Assembly: GCA_963555995.3 (NCBI GenBank)
Contig: OY821641.1
Location: 544,001-608,000 of the forward strand
Reading direction: 5' to 3'
Source of the DNA: Vicinamibacteria bacterium
GTDB taxonomy: Bacteria > Acidobacteriota > Vicinamibacteria > Marinacidobacterales > Marinacidobacteraceae
Length of the DNA: 64,000 nt
Shown here: in pieces, positions 59,219-64,000 of the stretch
Position numbering within the stretch: position 1 is the stretch's first letter
How the letters are laid out: each line of letters begins with the position of its first letter
Notes under the pieces: model-generated
Seen by the model: only the letters and a program-made list of their open reading frames with translations
Database searches by the model: none
Told to the model about the DNA's origin: nothing
Translations under genes and position numbers: made by a program

Positions 59219-60355
59219 ATGAGGCCCAGCGCCTTCCGAGGGACCCCGGGGCTCTTTTCTGTACGCGGCGGCAATTTCCTGGCGCTCGCGGTCCTGCTGG
59301 GGGCCGTCGCCGGCCTCTCCTGCGACGCCCGCCTCTACCTCTACATCCACGGGGGGCGCGAGACGCTCCTCCCGGGACGCGTCTACGGCGACGCGCTGGT
59401 CACGCAGGGTTTCCTGGCGTCCGTCCCGCCGGGCCGGGGACTGCCGCCCGGCGAGCCGCCGCGCCGCTTCGTCCTCCGGCATCCGCTGCGCCCGCCCGAC
59501 TGGAACGGCACCCTGGTCATCGGGGCGCATCGCGGCCTCGGGGGGATCCGGCGCGGCCTCGACGGCGCCGACCTCGGGAGCGGCGAGACCGAGCTCGACG
59601 ACCTGATCGGCTGGTGGGCGCTCGACCGGGGGTTCGCCTGGGCGAGTTTCGACCGGGCCGGGGTCGGCGCGGGCCCCGACGGCTACCGGCTCACCGAGGC
59701 GTTCGCCCGGTTGATGTTCGACCAGATCCGGCCGCGCCTCGCGATGGACCCCGACCGGACGATCCTCCTCGGCTACGGGGAAGGGGGCGGGCTGGCGCGC
59801 TACGGCGCGGCGGCGACGGACGAGACCTTCGCCGGGGTGGTGCTGGTGGCCGCGACGCTCGGTGATCCGGAGGGAGCGTCCCGCCGGCGGAGCGCCCGCC
59901 TCGCCCTCGCCGCGGATCGGAACACATCCGACGCGGGCCTCGCCGCCTACGCTTCGGCTGCCGGGATCGGTGTCGAGGGAAGCCGGTTCTGGCCCTTCTA
60001 CGACGCCGTCGCCGCCGCGCCGAGCCCGGTGCTGCCCGCGCCGCCCGCCGCCCTCGAGCGCCCGGTCATCGAGGTCGTCGGGACCCTCGACGATTTCGTG
60101 CTGCCGGAAGTGCTCGCCTACCGCGACCGCATCCAGGCGGCCGGGATGGCCGGGGCCCACGAACTGCGCCTCGTCCCGGGAGCCTGGGGCGTCGGCCCCG
60201 GGGACGACGCGGTCGAGGAGCTGCAGGCCTGGGCGGCGGAACTCGGCCTGTCCGAAGCGGACCGCGCGGCGCTTGCCTCCGGGCGGAGCCTCGCGCCCGA
60301 GGTCCAGCGAGCCCTGACGGACCTGGACGCGCGCCTGCGGGATCCCCCCGGATAG
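59219..60355 (+). CDS. alpha/beta-hydrolase-like protein, probable lipoprotein
   Basis: GLSC lipobox, P.DWNGTLVIG.H, RGFAWAS, LGYGEGG, V.GT.DD; start uncertain. Confidence 0.65.
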   Translation: MRPSAFRGTPGLFSVRGGNFLALAVLLGAVAGLSCDARLYLYIHGGRETLLPGRVYGDALVTQGFLASVPPGRGLPPGEPPRRFVLRHPLRPPDWNGTLVIGAHRGLGGIRRGLDGADLGSGETELDDLIGWWALDRGFAWASFDRAGVGAGPDGYRLTEAFARLMFDQIRPRLAMDPDRTILLGYGEGGGLARYGAAATDETFAGVVLVAATLGDPEGASRRRSARLALAADRNTSDAGLAAYASAAGIGVEGSRFWPFYDAVAAAPSPVLPAPPAALERPVIEVVGTLDDFVLPEVLAYRDRIQAAGMAGAHELRLVPGAWGVGPGDDAVEELQAWAAELGLSEADRAALASGRSLAPEVQRALTDLDARLRDPPG

Positions 60356-60361
60356 TCCTCG

Positions 60362-61615
60362 GTGGCGGCGAGGAAGCGTCCGGCGCGGGCCTTCGGCGTC
60401 CTGCTCGCCGGAGCGATGTTCGCTTCGACGGCCTATCTGCTGGTGCTGTCCATCACGCCGCTCCTCTCCCGGCGATACCTCCCGGACTCCGCCTGGATCG
60501 GCCTCCCGAACGCCGCCCTGATCCTCGGGGTGGCGGCGGGGACCCCGATCCTCACCTGGCTCTTCTCGCGGCGCGGCCGGCCTCTCGCCCTGGGGCTCGG
60601 CCTCGGCTTCGCCGGTTGCGCCGCGGTGGGCCTCGCGCTCTCGGCGTGGTGGGAGGCGGGCTTCGCCGTCCACTTCGGTGCGAGCCTGATGCTCGGGTGC
60701 GGCTACGCCGCCTATCACCTCACCCGCTATACGGCGGCCCTCCTGGTCCCCCCGAGCAAGAGCGGGCGGGCGATCGGGCTGGTGGTCTGGATGGCGGTCG
60801 CCGGCGCGTTCATCGCCCCGCTCATCTTCGGATGGATCGAACGGATCGTCGGAGTCGGCGAGGACGAGGCGTTCCCGCTGGCCTACCTGTGTGCGGCGGG
60901 CTTCTACGGCCTCGGCGGGATCCTCTTCCTCAGGAGCCGGTCCCTCCGGGCGCGGCCTTCGTTGGGAGTCCAGCGCATCGAGCCGATGGCCGCTCCCGCG
61001 GCTCTGATCTCCAGGACATCACCTCTCGGGCGGACGTTCGGGCTCGCCATCGTCTCGCTGGCCGCGGCGCAGGCCTCGATGATGATCGTCATGACCATGG
61101 CCCCACTCCAGATGATGGGCAGCGGGGGTTCCCTGGCCGGTCTCGGAGCCATGATGGGCGCCCACAACCTGGGCATGTTCGCCCTGTCCCCGGTGGTCGG
61201 CCTGCTTTGCGACCGCTTCGGGGAGCGTCCCATCATTGCCCTCGGCGGCGCGACGCTGGTGGCGGGGGGCCTGCTCGCCGCGTTCGGTCCCGGCGGTGGT
61301 CTGGAACTCGGGATCGCGCTCTACCTCGTGGGTCTCGGCTGGTCCCTCGCTTTCGTGGCGGCGAGCACGCTGATTTCCGAGGGTCCGGATTCACCGGCCA
61401 AGGTCCGCCGGCAGGGGCTCGCCGATTCGCTGAACTGGCTGGGCGCCGGCGTGGCGTGCGTGGTCTCCGGGGTCCTGATGACCCAGCTCGGGTTCCAGGC
61501 GGTGGCCTTCGCGGGGGTGGCGATGGGGGCCGTCTCGCTGGTGGCCGCGGGGGCCGCGCGGGGACATCCGAGCCCCGAAAGACACTCCCGCACGGCCGAT
61601 CAGGGCGGCGGGTAA
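60362..61615 (+). CDS. MFS transporter
   Basis: about 12 TMs, RRGR, H.LGMFA.SP..G.L.DRFGER. Confidence 0.88.
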   Translation: MAARKRPARAFGVLLAGAMFASTAYLLVLSITPLLSRRYLPDSAWIGLPNAALILGVAAGTPILTWLFSRRGRPLALGLGLGFAGCAAVGLALSAWWEAGFAVHFGASLMLGCGYAAYHLTRYTAALLVPPSKSGRAIGLVVWMAVAGAFIAPLIFGWIERIVGVGEDEAFPLAYLCAAGFYGLGGILFLRSRSLRARPSLGVQRIEPMAAPAALISRTSPLGRTFGLAIVSLAAAQASMMIVMTMAPLQMMGSGGSLAGLGAMMGAHNLGMFALSPVVGLLCDRFGERPIIALGGATLVAGGLLAAFGPGGGLELGIALYLVGLGWSLAFVAASTLISEGPDSPAKVRRQGLADSLNWLGAGVACVVSGVLMTQLGFQAVAFAGVAMGAVSLVAAGAARGHPSPERHSRTADQGGG

Positions 61616-62280
61616 CCCAGGACGCGGTAGTCGCCGTCCGTGATGAGGCGGACGGAGACGTACACCCCGAGCAGTCCGCCCGCCATCCAGGGGGAGTTCG
61701 GCGCCAGGATCCAGGTGTACAGCTCCCGCCGGCTGATCCGCTCTTGCCGTCCCGCCACGAAGAAGCTGACCAGATAGACCGACGCCCCGTACATCACCTG
61801 CCAGAACAGGATGACGCCGACGACGCCGGTCAGGACGGCGGGGAGGACCTGGAAGGTGCAGGCGACGTACACGATGAGCGTGGGGACCGGAGTGAGAAAC
61901 CCGTTGACGATGTCCACGTTGAATCCGAACGTGCGGCGGTCCGCGTAGGAACTGTCGTACTGGGCGTAAGCCGCCCAGACGTCGGCCCACACCGTCGGCG
62001 AAAGCATCCGGACCAGCGGGACCCTCGCCCGGAGGAATTCGATGGCCGGAGTCCGGCCCGTCCTCTTCCTCCACTCGCGCCAGTGCGCGGTGCGCATCTC
62101 GACGAGGTCCCGCCGGAGGAAGAGACAGATCTCCCAGTAGCAGATCAGCAGATTGATGGAGAGGAACAGGCTGAGGACGGAATGAAGGGCGTTCAGGTCC
62201 CCGTATGCCTGGTGGCGGGCCCCGATGCCGACAACGGTCAGGGTCGCGACAACCAGCGCCGCGAACAGGCCCGGCGGCAT
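61600..62280 (-). CDS. EBP/EXPERA-like membrane protein
   Basis: WEI, W..YAQYDSSY, DIVNG, Q..YG..VY, N.PW in a multi-TM protein. Confidence 0.6.
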   Translation of the reverse strand: MPPGLFAALVVATLTVVGIGARHQAYGDLNALHSVLSLFLSINLLICYWEICLFLRRDLVEMRTAHWREWRKRTGRTPAIEFLRARVPLVRMLSPTVWADVWAAYAQYDSSYADRRTFGFNVDIVNGFLTPVPTLIVYVACTFQVLPAVLTGVVGVILFWQVMYGASVYLVSFFVAGRQERISRRELYTWILAPNSPWMAGGLLGVYVSVRLITDGDYRVLGYPPP

Positions 62281-62282
62281 CG

Positions 62283-62813
62283 TCAGGCCGCCAGATAGCG
62301 CTCTTCCAGCACCCGCCGGTGATGGACGGCGTGCCCCACCGTGAGGAAGCAGATCGCCCGCACGGTGGCGCGGGCGCCGCTCGCCTCCCCGCTCCGCTCG
62401 AGCGCGGTCGCGTCGAACGACCGCATGAGGCTCACGGTGGCGTGGCGGATCGTCTCCAGTTCGTCGAGCAGGGATCCCAGGGAGCGTTCCCGGTGGTTGG
62501 ACGCGGCCACGTAGGGATCCTGTTCCATACCCGGCAGCGGCGTGTCGTCACCCCGGGCGAAGCGGAGCGCCCGCACCGACATGATGCGCTCGACATCGGC
62601 GATGTGTCCCACGACCTCGCGGATGGACCATTTCCCCGGCGCGTATCCCCGGGCTGACGCCTCTTCGGAAACGCCGGCCAGGCGGGAGCGGAGCGCCTCC
62701 ATTTCCTGAAGCGCCGCCTGCGGGAGATCGTCGCCGTCCGGTACCTGGCGCACATAGCCGTGGTAGTAGTCGGCGCACTCGTCGGGTTGGGGTCTGGTCC
62801 ACATCCGCGGCAT
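62283..62813 (-). CDS. DinB family protein
   Basis: YAPGKWSIREVVGH..D.ER, GH..HH. Confidence 0.9.
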   Translation of the reverse strand: MPRMWTRPQPDECADYYHGYVRQVPDGDDLPQAALQEMEALRSRLAGVSEEASARGYAPGKWSIREVVGHIADVERIMSVRALRFARGDDTPLPGMEQDPYVAASNHRERSLGSLLDELETIRHATVSLMRSFDATALERSGEASGARATVRAICFLTVGHAVHHRRVLEERYLAA

Positions 62814-62865
62814 CGTAATCGAGGTGCGCCGGTACTATCCGGGGCTATCTCCGGAGGCTCTGTCC

Positions 62866-63348
62866 ATGCGCTCTTCTACTCTCCGTCTCGCTCTCGGCGG
62901 CGCCCTGCTGTCGCTCCTGGCCCTTTCCTGTGCCGGGCCGGTGAACGTCGAGGTCGAACCACCGGAACCCGAGAAGTCCCGCCTCAGCGGCCGCATCCCT
63001 CCGGTCGGCCCCTACTCCGCGGGAATCGAGTCCGGGAGCCTGGTGTTCCTGGCGGGTCAGATCGCGCTCGACCACGAGGGCGGCGGACTCGTCGAGGGCG
63101 GTATCGCGGAGCAGACCCATCAGGTCATGCAGAACCTGCAGGCCGTTCTCGAAGAGGCCGGTCTCGGTTTCGGGGACGTGGTCCGGAGCGGCGTGTTTCT
63201 CGCGGACGTGAACGATTTCGGAGCGATGAACGAGGTGTACGCCTCCTATTTCCCCGAGGGGGCGATCCCGCCGGTGCGCACCACGGTGGCGGTGGCCGGC
63301 ATCCCGCTCGGCGCGCTCCTCGAAATCGACATGATCGCGGTCCGCTGA
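62866..63348 (+). CDS. RidA/YjgF family protein with lipoprotein signal
   Basis: GGAGG RBS, LALSC lipobox, GPYS, AGQI, F.AMNEVY..YF, P.RTTV, P..ALLEID. Confidence 0.9.
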   Translation: MRSSTLRLALGGALLSLLALSCAGPVNVEVEPPEPEKSRLSGRIPPVGPYSAGIESGSLVFLAGQIALDHEGGGLVEGGIAEQTHQVMQNLQAVLEEAGLGFGDVVRSGVFLADVNDFGAMNEVYASYFPEGAIPPVRTTVAVAGIPLGALLEIDMIAVR

Positions 63349-63394
63349 CCGGACGCTTCGTCCGCCGTAACCCCGGCTCGAGCGCGGCTGGAGC

Positions 63395-64000
63395 GTGACC
63401 AGCGGCAACCGCGGCGCCGGCCTCGGTCTGTCCCTGTGGACCGGCGGTCTGTTCGTGGTGGCGAACATGATCGGGACGGGGGTCTTCACGAGCCTCGGCT
63501 TCCAGGTCGCGGCGGTTCCCTCGGCCTTCCCGGCGCTCCTGCTCTGGGTCGTCGGCGGGTTGGTCGCGCTCGCCGGAGCGCTCGTCTACGGCGAACTGGG
63601 CGCGGCGCTGCCCCGTTCCGGGGGCGAATACAACCTGCTCCGGCGGAGCTTCCACCCGGCGGCGGGATTCGCCGCCGGCTGCGTTTCCGCGACCATGGGC
63701 TTCGCGGCGCCCACCGCGCTCGCGGCGGTGGCGATGGCCACCTACCTGCGGCCGCTGTTTCCCGGCATCGAGCCGGTCCACTTCGCGGCGGGGACGGTGA
63801 TCGCCTTCACCGCCGTGCACTCCCTCCCGGTCGGCTGGGGCAGCGGGATCAACAACGCCCTCACCGCCGCCAAGATCCTGCTGGTCATCGCCTTCTGCTG
63901 CCTGGGGTTCTGGGCTGGCGGGGTCTCGACGCCGCTCATTCCGAAGCCGGGGGACTTCGGACTGCTGCTGAGCCCGGGGTTCGCGGTCTCGCTGGTGTTC
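63395..64000 (+). CDS. APC family amino acid permease, 5' part (runs off window end)
   Basis: VVANMIGTGVFTSLGFQ, YGELGAALPRSGGEY; frame open to the window end. Confidence 0.9.
   Translation, partial: MTSGNRGAGLGLSLWTGGLFVVANMIGTGVFTSLGFQVAAVPSAFPALLLWVVGGLVALAGALVYGELGAALPRSGGEYNLLRRSFHPAAGFAAGCVSATMGFAAPTALAAVAMATYLRPLFPGIEPVHFAAGTVIAFTAVHSLPVGWGSGINNALTAAKILLVIAFCCLGFWAGGVSTPLIPKPGDFGLLLSPGFAVSLVF

Overview
Very GC-rich bacterial chromosome segment. The gene style, many secreted hydrolases and REP-like repeats suggest an Acidobacteriota-like, possibly host-associated organism; this is inference only. Most of the window is housekeeping or metabolic: sixA, a CCA-adding enzyme, mnmA, an msrB-tauE-metX-metY operon, MoaD/BNR and MoxR-DUF58-VWA loci, gltX, glnS, soxCD, ggt, many peptidases and amidohydrolases, and a two-component/RsbU cluster. 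Small accessory islands sit among these genes. Highlights: (1) a toxin-antitoxin-chaperone (TAC)-like island in the unusual order XRE antitoxin with a ChAD-like tail, RelE/Gp49 toxin, SecB-like chaperone, followed by a coupled 30-codon ORF and a second XRE gene; (2) a selenoprotein missed by the ORF track (ArsC/thioredoxin-like, UxxC, in-frame UGA plus a SECIS-like hairpin); (3) two AAA_14/DUF4143 genes, each preceded by palindromes spaced 32-33 bp apart over its promoter; (4) a promoter-driven structured RNA candidate near 59 kb; (5) a REP/MITE family with covarying hairpins that has entered the coding ends of gltX and glnS; (6) a bacterial EBP/EXPERA (sterol isomerase-like) membrane protein. 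No rRNA, tRNA, CRISPR array or transposase was recognised.
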